Below the pieces are notes generated by a model. The model was not told where the DNA came from, made no database searches, and saw only the letters and a list, made by a program, of their open reading frames with translations. A DNA stretch of 64,000 bases from Azolla caroliniana (taxonomy: Eukaryota; Plantae; Polypodiophyta): positions 682,001 through 746,000 of the forward strand of contig JBHGNT010000017.1 of NCBI GenBank assembly GCA_043228905.1, given 5' to 3'. Shown here one piece after another: positions 15,051 through 28,800 of this stretch; within the stretch, counting starts at the first letter, position 1, and every line of letters starts with the position of its first letter. The position numbers and the translations under genes were made by a program.

Positions 15051-15358
15051 CATTAAAGCCCCACATCAAATTTCATCCTATGTTCCGATTCCCAAATTTC
15101 ATGAAGCCTTGCCTTGTTTTTATCAAATCCTGGATTTTTTTTAAAGGTTTTCCTAATATTGATTTTCCCTATATGTGTCGTAAGATTAGTTTGTATTTTG
15201 CATTTATTCAAACCATTCATGCATAAATCGTGCTTTAGGGGAAACTTTTGCATAAAATATTTTAAACTACCATTCAATGGGGACAACACAAACCTAATTG
15301 TCTGGAATTCGTGCCCTACATTGAAGCCATTTGACAAAAGTTCAACTTTGGCATTGAA
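15051..15358 (+). repeat. Dispersed ~310-bp repeat, copy 2
   Basis: Direct copy of 12271-12600 with small indels. Confidence 0.85.
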
Positions 15359-16342
15359 ATATCACCTTGACACCAAAGCTTATTGTAAATGCAAAAATTG
15401 GGTCAAAACAAACCAAACTTTCATGAGAATGATGTCGTTACCAATAGTGTCGTTGATCAATGGCCAAACATGATACAATGATCACACTCTCATCGATGAT
15501 ATGGTATCAAATGGATGGCTACCTACGTTGCAAGGATCACACTCTTATCTATGACACGGTAAAAATTTAAAGTTCACAAAATATGTAAGAATGCTAGGTT
15601 AGACCACCTCTAATATAAGACAACGCACTCATGGTTGTTGTGGATGCTAGATTGGACTAACTTTACTAAACACGAATCATGCCACATGGATACCATATTG
15701 GACTACCTCTACCAAACGCCATGGAGGGCGCCAAGTCACCGAGACCATCTATACTAGACACCAAGACATGTGTGTGGATGCTATGTTGGACCACCTCTAT
15801 TAGATAATAAACATGCCATATTGATGAGGAGTTGGATCACCACTATCAAACAAATAGAGAGACTAACTAGGGGACAAAAGTCTCATATGTGTAGCTGACG
15901 TTGATGCTTAGATGTTGAATTGAACCATCTATACTATACTACTAAGACATGTGCATAGATGTTAGGTTGAACCACCTCTATAAGATATTAGACATGCCAT
16001 GCAAATAAAAGTTGAATCACCATAACTAGACAGTAGGGAGGTTAACTAGTGGACACAAAGATGGACCACATGTACCAAGGGTGGCACATACATACATGGT
16101 CCGCAAAGATGGTAGGGTTTAGGTTGGACCACATGTGTGGACAATAAAGTTGGGCTCCTTTGCCTAGACACAACATACATGTGGCGTCGTTGATGCGAGG
16201 TCCGACGAGCGCTACACATATGTTAAGACATTGCATGGGATGGTTGGATGTGGTCACTATCTGGCAGACATAAGAGCCATCATCATCACACACACATTTG
16301 GCGATGGACATACATACATACATACATCCAAGACATCATCAT

Positions 16343-16680
16343 TAACAATCGGCAATGGTTCGGTTTGAGAGGGTCCAAACCGTTTAATTTTTTTGAAACT
16401 TGAACCAAACCAAACCGATAAACATTTTCTAAACCGTTAAACCATTAAACCGTAAAAACCGTGGTTTCGTGGTCCGGTTTCGGTTTTCAACATAGATCAA
16501 AATTTTATTTTTTAAAAATTTATAATATTTCATTTAAATTTTTTTTAAGATGTTCCTAAAATGTGAGAATAAGAAACCGTTAATAAAAACCTAAACTTGA
16601 ACCGAGCCGAGCCATTGAAACCGTTAAACCGCGGTTTAGCGTGTTCGGGTCGGTTCAAACCGAACCATTGCCGATTGTTA
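16343..16680. mobile_element. hAT-superfamily MITE (non-autonomous DNA transposon)
   Basis: Perfect 26-bp terminal inverted repeats TAACAATCGGCAATGGTTCGGTTTGA / TCAAACCGAACCATTGCCGATTGTTA. 8-bp direct TSD ATCATCAT at 16335-16342 and 16681-16688. Many internal AAACCG/CGGTTT subterminal motifs. Confidence 0.9.
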
Positions 16681-16805
16681 ATCATCATTAGAGATACACA
16701 AGTCGTCTTCTTTCCTTTTGTTATCTGCCTGCATCTTCTTCTTTCTTCGTTGCTTTTGGCGGGAAACGCAAGGCCCTCATCTCATCCGAAGAAGGAGACG
16801 CGGGG

Positions 16806-19800
16806 ATGGAGACCATGATCACAGTGAGGGAGCTCCTGTGCCATCGCTCGCCTCTCTCTTCACACTCCTTCCACTGCCACTCTTCTCAGAAACAACCACC
16901 ATCGTCAAAGTCGCCGGAAGGAGATTCAGTCGAAGAGCGCATTACTCGAAAACGAAAACGGCCAGACGTGGTAAGAAACTCCTTCTCTAAGTTTTTGTTT
17001 TTGTGCCGCTATCGTCTTTTGTTATGCCAGGAATCAATCCGAGTTCTTTTGCTAGGATTCGAACTCTAATTCGTGCTTAGAGTCCAATCCTATTTGTTTT
17101 GGTAAAAATAAGACGTGGACATTTTGTCTAGGAATCCAAACCTAAGATTTTCAACAGGGAATCAATCTCTAAAACATTCTGTTAGTGATTATATCCTATT
17201 TTTTCGTAGTAATGAAACCGGAAATGTCATTTCTAGCAAAATCAGATCGTAATTAAACCCCGATTTTGTTTGCTAGCTATCAATCCTTTGAGTTCTGTGC
17301 AAGGAATCATACTCGATAAGTTTCTGATTGGAATCAAACCATGAATTAAACCGTAAATAGAGTTCTGACCTTCAAATTTTCTGTGAGGAATCAAATGCAA
17401 ATATTTTTACCTAGGATTCACGCTGAAAACGAAATCTGATAGGATGAGCTAACCCTAAAATTGTGTGCTAAGATAGTAAAATTATAACTTCATTGTTCTG
17501 CAGAATCAGCCATCGGCTTCAAAAGAAATTCTCCTGGATTTATTAAAGAATCCATCAGTGCTTGTTGGGCGAATCCAGCTATGGAACGCCAGTTCTCATT
17601 CTTCATCACAATGTTCATATTTGGATTGCCTGGCATTCTCCGATGATTCTGATACCATATGTTGCATTCTGCAAGCGATCAATCCTCAGTTTCTTGGAAA
17701 GCTCGTACAAATAAAGTCGTGGTCTTTTATTCCAAGAAGAGGAGAAAGAGGGAGAAAAGGAAAAGAAGGAAGAGAATGTAAAGATGGAGGAAGAGGTTGT
17801 TTAGAAATAAGATTATTTGAAGTAATAGATGAAATAGCTTCAGCTGAATGCTCAATTTATTTGAATCATGAATTGTCATCTTTGCCTAACTTTGTGATGG
17901 AAACTCCTCCCTTTAAGCAGAAAAAGAAAACAGGAAAAAATCGTATAGTTCTCACTGGATTTATTACATTCATCAGTCCTCCTTTCGCTATTCCCTGTGG
18001 TGAAATAAGAGGGAATGATACATTTTCTAGAGCGGAGACGTGTGGATTGACTGAATCTGATCAGCGCTACAAGAAGATGACTTTATCAAAAGGTAAAGTA
18101 GACCTTCATTTATCAAAAAGTTTAGATAGGTCAATCAACATATACCTTTGCATCATAGTTAAATTGGTTTGTAAATGTGTATCTGCAGCTTCCAAATTTG
18201 TAAGCTGATTCTGGAATTGTGCAAGTGTAAATAACACCGAACTCTAATTTCTTGTAGTACATTGCAAAAGATACTTTTAAAAGATCAGAATGATGTTATT
18301 AAGGATGTGAAAATTGCACTAAATTTGAGTATCTTTTTCAGACACTGTTGTAGATACTTAAAAAGATGGTATGATGATACCTAGGATGTACAAATGATTT
18401 TTTTTTTTTTTATCGACAATTGCTGCAGGCATTATAAAAGATCAGAACAACAATGATGATGATATTAAGGATGTGGGTGCATCAAAAGCATTAGATGCAC
18501 CACTTCTTGGTTTCTTTGTAGGGTTAACTGCTTGTAATCCCACACTTAATTGTGTAACACCGAGGGAATGCATCCTAACCAACACAAACAGCACAAACCC
18601 TAAAACATTGATGGGATGTATATGCTATATTTACTTTTCGGGGTCACCAGCAGCTTGGCGCCCGATACTGTTGGCCTTATCTGGCAGATTTGTTTCTATC
18701 TCAGATTTGAGGAGAAAAATTCTCATGGCTGGAAGGAATCGGACAAAATATAGCACTTATGCAGCCACAAGAACTAGCATCGTTTCGTTGCTATCTATGG
18801 ATTTATTTACAAATATGCAGGGATCTGACCATTGTGATTTCTTGCGGAAACATAACAACCAACAGAATGTGTATAAGGGTAAGCATTTGGCATCATACAT
18901 TGGTGTAGTGACTGACATGTTCATAAGAGGAAGATTATTGGAGCTAGATGGTTGCATCTGGCTTCTCTTAATTCATCAGCCGCTGTCTCAAGTACATGGT
19001 CTACGAGTTGGTGCAACTGTAAGCAGCATTAAACACTTCTTTTTTAAAAATTAGTGTATGCTTCTATGTATTGTGTAAGGATGTATTGGGATGATTAGAA
19101 TTGAGCTGCTCAAAAGCTGATCAGTTTTCATATCTGCATGGGTCTTTATTTTAAAGATTTTTTTATCAAATCTTCTATGGTCTTTATTTGTACCCTTTGA
19201 GGATATGTGGAAGAGATGTGCTATGTATATTGTAATGGTAGTAATGAAAGTTCATTAAATTTTAGAATGGTACAAAGTATCTTATTGAAATTTCAACAGT
19301 AAATCTGGTATAGGTTGCTGCCCATCATGTTCACTTTCTCAAATTGAAGAGCTCTTTCGAGTGTTCTCTCCTGCTGGCAACCTGTTCAGTATCTCATGTA
19401 GTGGTCACTCGTTTTTCTCCCTATAGAACTTTGTAAGATTCAACTATATTGCTTGTTTGTTTTTATTCAGTCAATGGATTGCGATTGAAACGTCAAAAAT
19501 TTAGGAAGCTCTTTTAAAAGACATTGATATGAATCATGATAGGGCCCAATATGTTGGAGGGTGGCAGCTCCAGCCCTGCACTCTCTTTCATATTTATTAT
19601 CTTTGTACTACATTCTCTCTTTTCTTAGATTCTTCTCTCTCTAGAATCTGCAACTCTTTAAATGCCTTCTCTCTCTAGAATCTGCAATGCTTTAAATGCC
19701 TTTTCTCTCTTCTACCTTTTCCAAGATATTCCTAGTTTTTTGTACCTGTTTGGTAGTACAAGAGTCACTTAACTACCAAACAGCCATTTCACCCACATTC

Positions 19801-22800
19801 CCCAATTTTGTATAAATAGGCTATACCAGCCTCTTTTGTATAAGTTTTCATTTTCTTTTTTGCTACTTAAAACAAGCTCTATTCCTTGGCTGTGTCTCTA
19901 CTCTTTGCAACCATTTTTTCTGCTGCTGTCTAACAGCCTTCTCACAGCTTGGCTGTGCCTATTTTGTTTTAAGTCTTCCGCTGCTGCTATTAACAGCTTT
20001 TCTCACACAGTACTAGTTATGTTATTAAATACACAAATAACATTAGATAGTTAAGAGATAATGAAGATCCATTTAAAAAAATGAGAGTTATGTGCTAATG
20101 GGCTGAGAGAGAGAATAAATAGCAATTCATGAAGAGTTTAATGAAAAATATTGGAAGCTCTCAAAGAACTCTTGACTACATTAAAATAAAGGAATAACAT
20201 AGATGGAACATCCTTAAAAGTATGGGACTCTCATCGTCGTGATTATATCTTTAGTCTTGAGGTCATTTTTTCAGATATGCTGGAAAATGGGACGTACAAA
20301 GTTGTCTTGGTCGCTTCATTGAGTCCTTATCCTTCCTATCAGCCTTCAGGTAGAACTTCTGGTCCTTGTTTTGAATTCTTTGTTTCTTCTTTATGAGTAT
20401 CCAAGATGTTTGTCTAAAATATGCGGAAGTCAATTTTGTAGGGCATTGCAGATAATAACAAGCTTTAAATTGAAGTTTGAATGTTTCTACAATGAGAAAG
20501 AAATATTGGGATCAAAAAAGGTGTGTTCGATAATCATTGGTTTCATCCATCTTTATGTCTTCTGCCCTACAGATTCTAAATTTGTCATAGCAAATTCATG
20601 TAGAAGTGGGATTCTTTGCGCATGTTATATGTGGATATTGATTAGCAGAGTGAATTACCTCTAATTGAGGTGTGCAAACAGAAGGGGTAGAAATGCCATG
20701 GCAAAGTATTTGGAAGTGACAAATTGGTGATGGATGGGATCACCTCATCCACTGGAACTTTATCAGGCATTGGTGGAGACTGGGCATCCTTGGGGGCCAG
20801 GGTAGTAGCGTTGGGGCAAGCTTGGATAGTTCAACGCCTTTGGGTGGAATGAGAGCAGTTGCTGGATGGGCTTCTATGTGGCTGGGTCACTTTTATTCCC
20901 ACCTGGACCCAGGTTGTTGAACCTCAGTAATTGTGTCCACATCCAACTTGTGGTAAGCCTGTTCAATGTCTTCCGTTATCGTGGATGTTCAAGTGGGCTT
21001 GTCATGATTTAGGTTGCTGCCAGTGCATTATGTCGCCCTTGAGAGTGGCCAGTCTTTAATGTAGATTGGCTGTCGGAGAGGAAGAGTGTGCATAGATCAT
21101 GATATACGAGTGCTAGTAGCTTTGGAGTGCTTGACAATCACTCCTGATGAAGAGAGAGAAAAACATAGAGAAGAGAAAAGAAAGAGAAAGAAATGTTATA
21201 TTATAACATTAGGAGAACAATACCAACTTCGTAGACTCCAACTAAAAACTCAACTACATAGAACTTTTTTCTTTCAATGACTCTAAACAAAAAATTGACT
21301 TCCCTTCTTCCCCCCTTCTACCAAGTCTCTTCTCACTTCTTGTAGACCTTCTATTCTTCCTCCTTCCTAATTGCTAAGAATACCCTCCTATTTATAGGTT
21401 TTTGGTCGCGTTATTCTTGCTTTTTTCTTTTCTTTTCTTTTAAATATCCTCGAGTTATGGAAGGCGTTTTTTTATATCACTATTTCTCCTCTGTCAGCCC
21501 AATTTTGTCATACAAGACTTTTTTGGAAAGCTCTTGTTGTTAACTTTTTTATGAATATTTTCTTTTGAAATTTGGATATCGGATGAAGAAGTTATGAACT
21601 TTTTTCTCTACCTAAAGCTTCATATCCACACCTTGCTTTTTTCTGCTTCTTTTTTTACTGCTTTTTTCTATATTTGAAAAACACATCTAACTTTATATCC
21701 CTTCTATTTCCTTCCTCCTTTAATGCTTGATCCTTTCATATTGCTCTTTATTCTTTAGACATTTTAGCATCCAATGTATTTGCAACAGTCTTTTCTTATG
21801 AACAAAAACTGATTTCACAACTCTCACCTGATTTGTCAATGAAAGTGTTTATGAAAATCCAGCCCTGGCATATGGTTTTAGAAAGAAGAAAGAGCTCTGG
21901 TCAAAGGGAAGATGTGTGTTTGGTGTGATGCACCTAGCGTCGACACAAGTTCCCTCTTGAGGAGTATAGCTGCTGTTGTACATGATTCCAGAACCTCTTG
22001 ATTCAGACTGCGGTGCCCTGAAAAAGGTGATGCAACTATGTTGTGAATTGCAGCCATTGGGATCATAGTCCCGTGGAGTCTCTCCTTGGTATCATGAAGC
22101 ACATGCATTTGAACCTGGAGCTTCTCTGAACATATATACTTTGAACAATGACCTTGTTCAATCCTTGATAAAACACAACCAGACAAAGAACCATCTTTCT
22201 TCTTAGCGATGAAGTCGGCTGCAGCAATAGGGGTCTTGAATGTTGGATAAATTCACTCTCCAAACTCTCATCAATATACCCTCAAAGAACCTTGAACTCG
22301 GATGGTGAAATTATAAATTGGCCCCTATGATGGCTTCTTCCCAGGTTGCAAATCAATAGGGCAATCACATGGGCGATGCTTCAGATCATGCTAGCCTTCC
22401 CTATATTGAAGACATTTGCAAATGCTGGAACCAATGCGTGGAGGCTGTTGTTTAACAAATGGAACTATGATATTGCTACGGGTTAAATCGTTTTAGGCAG
22501 TTGCATGAATGCTTCCAGAGGATTGTTAGAGATGTATGATCTTTTTGGCGTGTTGGCATGGACTTTGAGAAGAGTGTATGTAATTGGTTGGTCGGTGGAT
22601 GTTATTTTGCTACAGTCATGGGACATAAGATGCGCTGTTGCTATCCATTGAGAAACTTTGTTGTGTTACCCTAGTGGTTGATGGCTATCTTCGACTATCA
22701 CAATGGGTTTGGGCTACATATGTCGATGTGAACGACAGTTAACTATCCTGTTCTCCATGATCTATGAAAATATGCTTAAACTCACAACTTGCTATCTACG

Positions 22801-25800
22801 AGGTTTAGATTATTCTGTACTACCTTAGGACCTCTGATTGCCTTTCTACTAGTATCATGCTTTACCTTAAAACACTTTTGCATTAGAGACTTATATCCAA
22901 AGCAAAGGTACTCAAGATTAGTTGTATAGGGACATATTCTTGGTATGTTGAAATGTGAGAATGGTTCCAATAAAGTGGCATAGATATAAATGCACCACCC
23001 TCGTTCTGATATAGCTTGAATTGTCTATGCTTGAACTTGACCAAAGGGGAATAGATTTAAAGTGGTCCAAACTGATAGAATATCATAATTAGATAATGAA
23101 AGAATGCGGGTCAGACTCCTAGTGCCACTTATTTGGAAGATGGTTCATTATAAGTCTCTATTTTTACAATGTTGCAGGATGGATTTACCTGGAGGCCCTT
23201 TTTAGATACATTTCCCTCTTTTGTGCTGTGTAGTGTATGTGGGTCATGTCCCTAGTGCCGCTTGGTATGAAGATGGTTCATGATAAGTCCCGATGTTTAC
23301 ACTTGTTGCATTATTGGATATGCTTCCTGGCCCTATTTGGATACACTTCCTTCTTATGTGATATGTAGTGTTGTTGGTGAACTCATGATCTCTTCAGGTT
23401 AGCCAAAGATTGAGACACACAAATATGCACGCAAACTGGAGGAAAGATATGCCAATTGTGCCATTGGGATTTGGAATCATAAAAACACCGTGTTTGCCAT
23501 CATCATAGGAATACGAGTGGTCCTTGGAACTCTTATTGCTAGAAATCAAGAGACAGATAAATCGTTAGACAATAGTATGGTCACAAAGCAACATCTAGAG
23601 CCAATAGTATGGTTAGACAATAGTATGGCCAAAGAACCCTCACAACCTTCCTTAGAGGATCGTTGCCTCTCTTGTCCTGTTATAAGCTTTGGCATTTGAC
23701 CGCTATCTAAATCATGCTCAGGTGAAACGCTTAAGGTTGGTGCATTAGTTAGAAAGTTCCTCATTTTAATGAGTGGTGTATCTAGAGCCTTAACTATTCT
23801 AAAACCATGTGCTATAACCATGTACTATAGATTTCAAAGTACCTATGTAATTAAGGACCTCTTGGAAACATATGCCACAACTCCAATAGGTGACTTGTTG
23901 GATGGATAACATTCCCTTCGCTTGGCTCAGCTCCAATTTTTGGGCATCCTCTAACTGCTGGCACACCGTTTTCACATCATCCCTATTTCTAAAGAGACAA
24001 TTGGGGCTGTTTTCATCCTGAACAAATGTTCACAAATCCCTTGTATTTGTCACATCCACTGCCTTCAGTAAGAGTATTACCCTATCCAATCCAAGAAGAG
24101 GTTGGTCAAGTACTGGGAGTTGTCCAAACCGTTTCTCAACTCCCTCAGCACTGCCATCACCATAATCTTCCTCCCTTCGCTTCAATCCCCTCGACAAAGT
24201 CGCACTAAGTCATACTTGTCGATGAACTCCTTGAGCAATGCCCACTTGAATGCTACCCAAGTGGTGTGGAGGATGTACAGTTCCGCAATCTGACTTTGTA
24301 AAGTCATTGGCTTTATTTGGCCAAAGCAACTGATGTTGCTTGCTTCACAAATACTTCTCTGTTTCCTTTTGTGATTGTATAACATGAGGAATTTGGGGAT
24401 GTTTTGGTTGTCAAATCGATTGATCATATCAACGATCTTGTTGAATGCATTGCCCACACTTCAATGATCTCTTCAAACTTATGTGCCGCAACATTTTTCA
24501 TTCTCAAGATTTCTGTTTGTTGAGCCACCAACACACCTTGTGGCCTCTTTTCCTTCAGGCTTACCAAATTTGTGTTGTGAAAACACGTGGGTATGTGGTG
24601 GTTGAGTTGGAACCATGGGGTTCTTAATTCTGAAGATGCAAGTCTTTAGAGCAAAACTCTTAGAGGACGTGATTGATTGTTCAATAAGGAGTATTCTCAG
24701 GTAAAGTACCGTAGAAAAAGGAGCAAGAGGTATAAAAACATTTCATGATATCTACTGTGCTCTAAGGCAATTTTGCTAATTCAGATACATTTATATTGTT
24801 GTTTGGTTGTCATTGATTTAATCTCTTGTTCAGTCTAAGTCTATTTTGGCTTCTTAAGTGACAGTATACTTGCCAAAGATCTTTATGTGGAAGGAGAAGC
24901 AATATGTGCAAAGATCCAATGAAGCTGGCTTATTGCTTTTAATTTCACTATAACTTGTTGCAACTCATGCTAGTATTAACTGTTCTTGATTATTTGGCTG
25001 ATCAGAGCAGGGGTATTGCAGAAAATTATATCAGAAGCGTATTTAATTTTGATGCTTCCCAATTCCGTGTGAGTCCGATTTTAAAAAATAAATTAAATTG
25101 AGAGGCTGATAAATATTATCATTTCTTTTACCTTGCTTATTGTAAACTTATTCATTGTTTTTCTACTTGTAGGATGTCATCAGTGAATTCTTTTCTCACA
25201 GTGCATCGTGCTCGCTATCTGGATCTGATTGTGACCACTTCACATTGCAGGTGTTGGTCTTACCAAACAATAGGCTGTCTGCTTTAATCACTTGGGTTCA
25301 ATATTTCATATTGTACAATTGAATGATGTCTTTATGTTAACTTTTGGTTTTTTTGTTATTCACCATTGCGAACAAGAAATATTTCATACCTTTGCAACTT
25401 TCTTGGTTTTATTGGGCTATTTTGAGTCCCTGATATATAATAAAGAGGTTTTGCTACGCATATACACCACACTTGTATCCACACATACACACACACCCAC
25501 ACCCACACCCACACCCACACCCACATATATGTATATTCTAAAATATGGAATGAAGGAAACCTGGAAGCCATTTAGATGATTATTTCTAAGTCTAGGATCC
25601 TTGTGAAACCTGGAAATGATCAATCCTACTTGTACTTGTCAGGCTGTTTTTAGTAAAGTGTTTTATGTGTTGCTGAAACAGTATTTTTAATGAAATTTCC
25701 ATGTTCTTGTCAGCTTGTTTTTGCCAAAATACTTTATGCTTAGTTGAAGCCCTGTTTTTGCTGGCAGGTTCCTCCAATCGATAATTTTTGCAAACAGATT

Positions 25801-28800
25801 CATACTATGTGGCTTGACAAAAACTCATATGTATGGAAACAAGAAAAGGAAAGATTGGAAGGAAAGCACTCACCAGTGCTGCAGAACAGTTTTTTCAGGA
25901 GGGTGTTATCCAGCAACATGATTGGTGTTGCTTTAATTGGCTTTTTACAGGTCTATTTATAACCTTTTTCAATGCTAATTTGCATCGATTCATTTATTCT
26001 TGATTAATAAGTTATGCCCACTATTGTATATTTGATTATCAAATCAACATCCTTTTTAGGTCCCTATTTTTGCAACCTTCTTCGCATCTTCTGTCATTGC
26101 AGTTCTCTAAGGTTTCCGGAAGACTTCAATTGGTTGATGCAACAGGAGCAATAGATGTGGTTATTCCTGATCTAGAAACCTCAGAATGCTTTCAACAATT
26201 ATGCCAGGTAAAAACTTAGTTATGTCCAGTTATGATATTGACACCTTGAGATTATTATGTTCTGTGTGGTGAATTATGTTGATTATAGAAAGCATACCTA
26301 GTGTAGTATACGTGCTGGTCACGTGAGAAAACTTTTATATATACCAGCTTAAAATTAAACTAAACAAGAACTAAGTTTCTTAGTGAGGCTCAATGCCTTT
26401 AAATGCAAAATTGAGAGTGAGTTTTGTAAACAGAAATAGTGGCAGGTTAAGAAAGTCAAATGAAATAAAGGCTGGAATAAAGTAAATATAGAGAGAGAAA
26501 CTAGGAGAGTGAGATTGTGGAAGGGAGAGATTAATTCTGGGACTCACCCTCCATCACCGCCTCTCAACTCTAGAAGGTGCACCTACATTGAGTTAAGGAG
26601 CTGATCAATAGTGTCCCTAGGATGTGGCTTGGTAAAGGGGTCAACCCTATAGTTCTAGTGGAAGAATAGTTCAATCTGATGAAATGAGTAGCAACAAACC
26701 CATTAACAAAATATTGGCAAACTTTAATGTGTCTTGTTCTACCATAGAAGGAAAAATTCTGTCTAATGCACAAGCACTTTGTCTATCAATGAGAACTTAA
26801 CAAGGAGTGGCTTTTGGAATTCTAAGATGGTCATGGATTTGTATTACCCAAAAGAGTTCACTATGGGAGAAAATGTCTCCTCATAGTCCACTCCTTCCAC
26901 ATAGGAGACCTGTTTTGCAACTAATCGAGCATTGTGTTCGTCCACTGTACCATCTACATGCTATTTGGTTTTGAATATGCATTTGAGACCAATGACTTGT
27001 CTTTTATGAGGACGTAAGACCAATTCCAATGTCTGATTCCTCTCAAGAGAATGAAGCTCTACCTCCATGGTTGCCTTCCATTCAGGAAGAGCAAGTTCTG
27101 TTGCTTTAGTAGGGTTATGTGTTTGTAGTGCATTACGTAGTACTGCAAAGTTGCATGCGTTCTGAGGCCATTGGGATTTATGAGCTCTTGTGAGTGGTGT
27201 AAATGACATGGCTGCATGTTGATGATCAACATCAGAAATATGTTTATAATGAAGTGTTTTCCATAGCCATGGGGGAAGTTGATGTGAAGGGCTATGTTCT
27301 TAGCAATAGGAGATAAGAATAGGGAAAGTTGACATAGAGGATGAGCTTTCAATAGTTGAAATAGAAGGAGGATGAAGGTTAGATGGCTGAAATAGAGGAT
27401 GGAGTTGGAACCTCCACAACAAATTCTGGAATAGTTCTTTAGTTGTTAGGTGAATCTAAATGACAGTTTTAGTTTGAGAGTTCCATAATCGATGCCTTTG
27501 AATTGCTGCTATACTCAAGAAACTTGGATTTCTAGCTCAATCACTTCCAAGTTAGAGCTATCATAGTAGACACCATGTTTGGTAATATGAGAAACTGAGA
27601 GTGGTTTAGCTGAAAGGCAAGGTATATTTAATACACTCTGAATCATAGTTGGTTTTCGACTTGGTAAAAAACTCAAGAATACACTTCCATGCAGGAAGCC
27701 GTAAGACTTGGAATATCTCCAATAGATATTTGTGAGTTATGTGGCTGTATATCAGGCAAGATACAAGTGTGATGAGTCATATAACTTGTGCAACCGCTAT
27801 CCATAATCCAATCATCAAGGAGGATGTGTTTTAGCTAGTCGTAGAGTAAGATTTAACACTGATGCCTAAGAATACTGTTTCTCTGGTTGTATGGTTAGTG
27901 TTGGGCATAGATGGGTGGAGTCCCAATAATCATCGAGGCATTATGCCAATTCCCTAAATGAAGTTATTCAAGGTTGGCACTTACATCATCAAAAGAACTT
28001 GCTGAACATGGAGATAATCATGTGTATCAAATGTGTCTTATACTGGGCAATCTTCCTACAAAGAGACGTGGGATGATCCATGTTATTTTGTTCACCTCAC
28101 AACCTTATCTTGTATCACCCCTACAAATATATTCGAAGAGGGAGTAGTGGGAAGAAGGGAAATTGTGTCATAAAATGCCTTTAATCTTTCTCGGAGCTTG
28201 GTCATCAAGCGATGCACAATCTCTTCTTTGTTGCTCTTGCTTCATAAGGAAAGAAGTTGCATTTGAGAGAGACAAAATCTGTGATCTACTCCATAATTAT
28301 AAGCATTAGAAACTTAGACATTGGCTCTCCAAAGCTAACATTTGAGACAAATTGGCTCTATGATACCTTTATTGGAATGCGTCTCACAACTCTTTAGCTA
28401 TCTTGTCATCTTTGCCAATAAATTGACTATAGAGTTGAGGATTTCTGTTGTAGAACATGAAATCATAAGCATGACCATCTTTCCTGTCTCAAAGATAGAT
28501 AGTTTGGTATCCCGAAAAGAGTCAATTGCAGGATCTGTGGGGGCTCATGATAAAACAATAGAATTAGTCTTAGGATTGGCAGCAAGGTCACCTATGCAAT
28601 TACAAATGTAGATAGATGTTTCCATCAAGAGTAGATTGTTTGGGAAGTTGAACGGCGGAATATAGTGGCTGCGGAAGCCACGGAATTCCTCGTCTAAAGC
28701 TATAAACGAATTGTTGAAATTAGATGCAAGGGCTGCCTATTCCTACCTAAATTAAGTGGGACTATATATTACTGTTTGGTGAGCATTCTTTGTAGGATGG

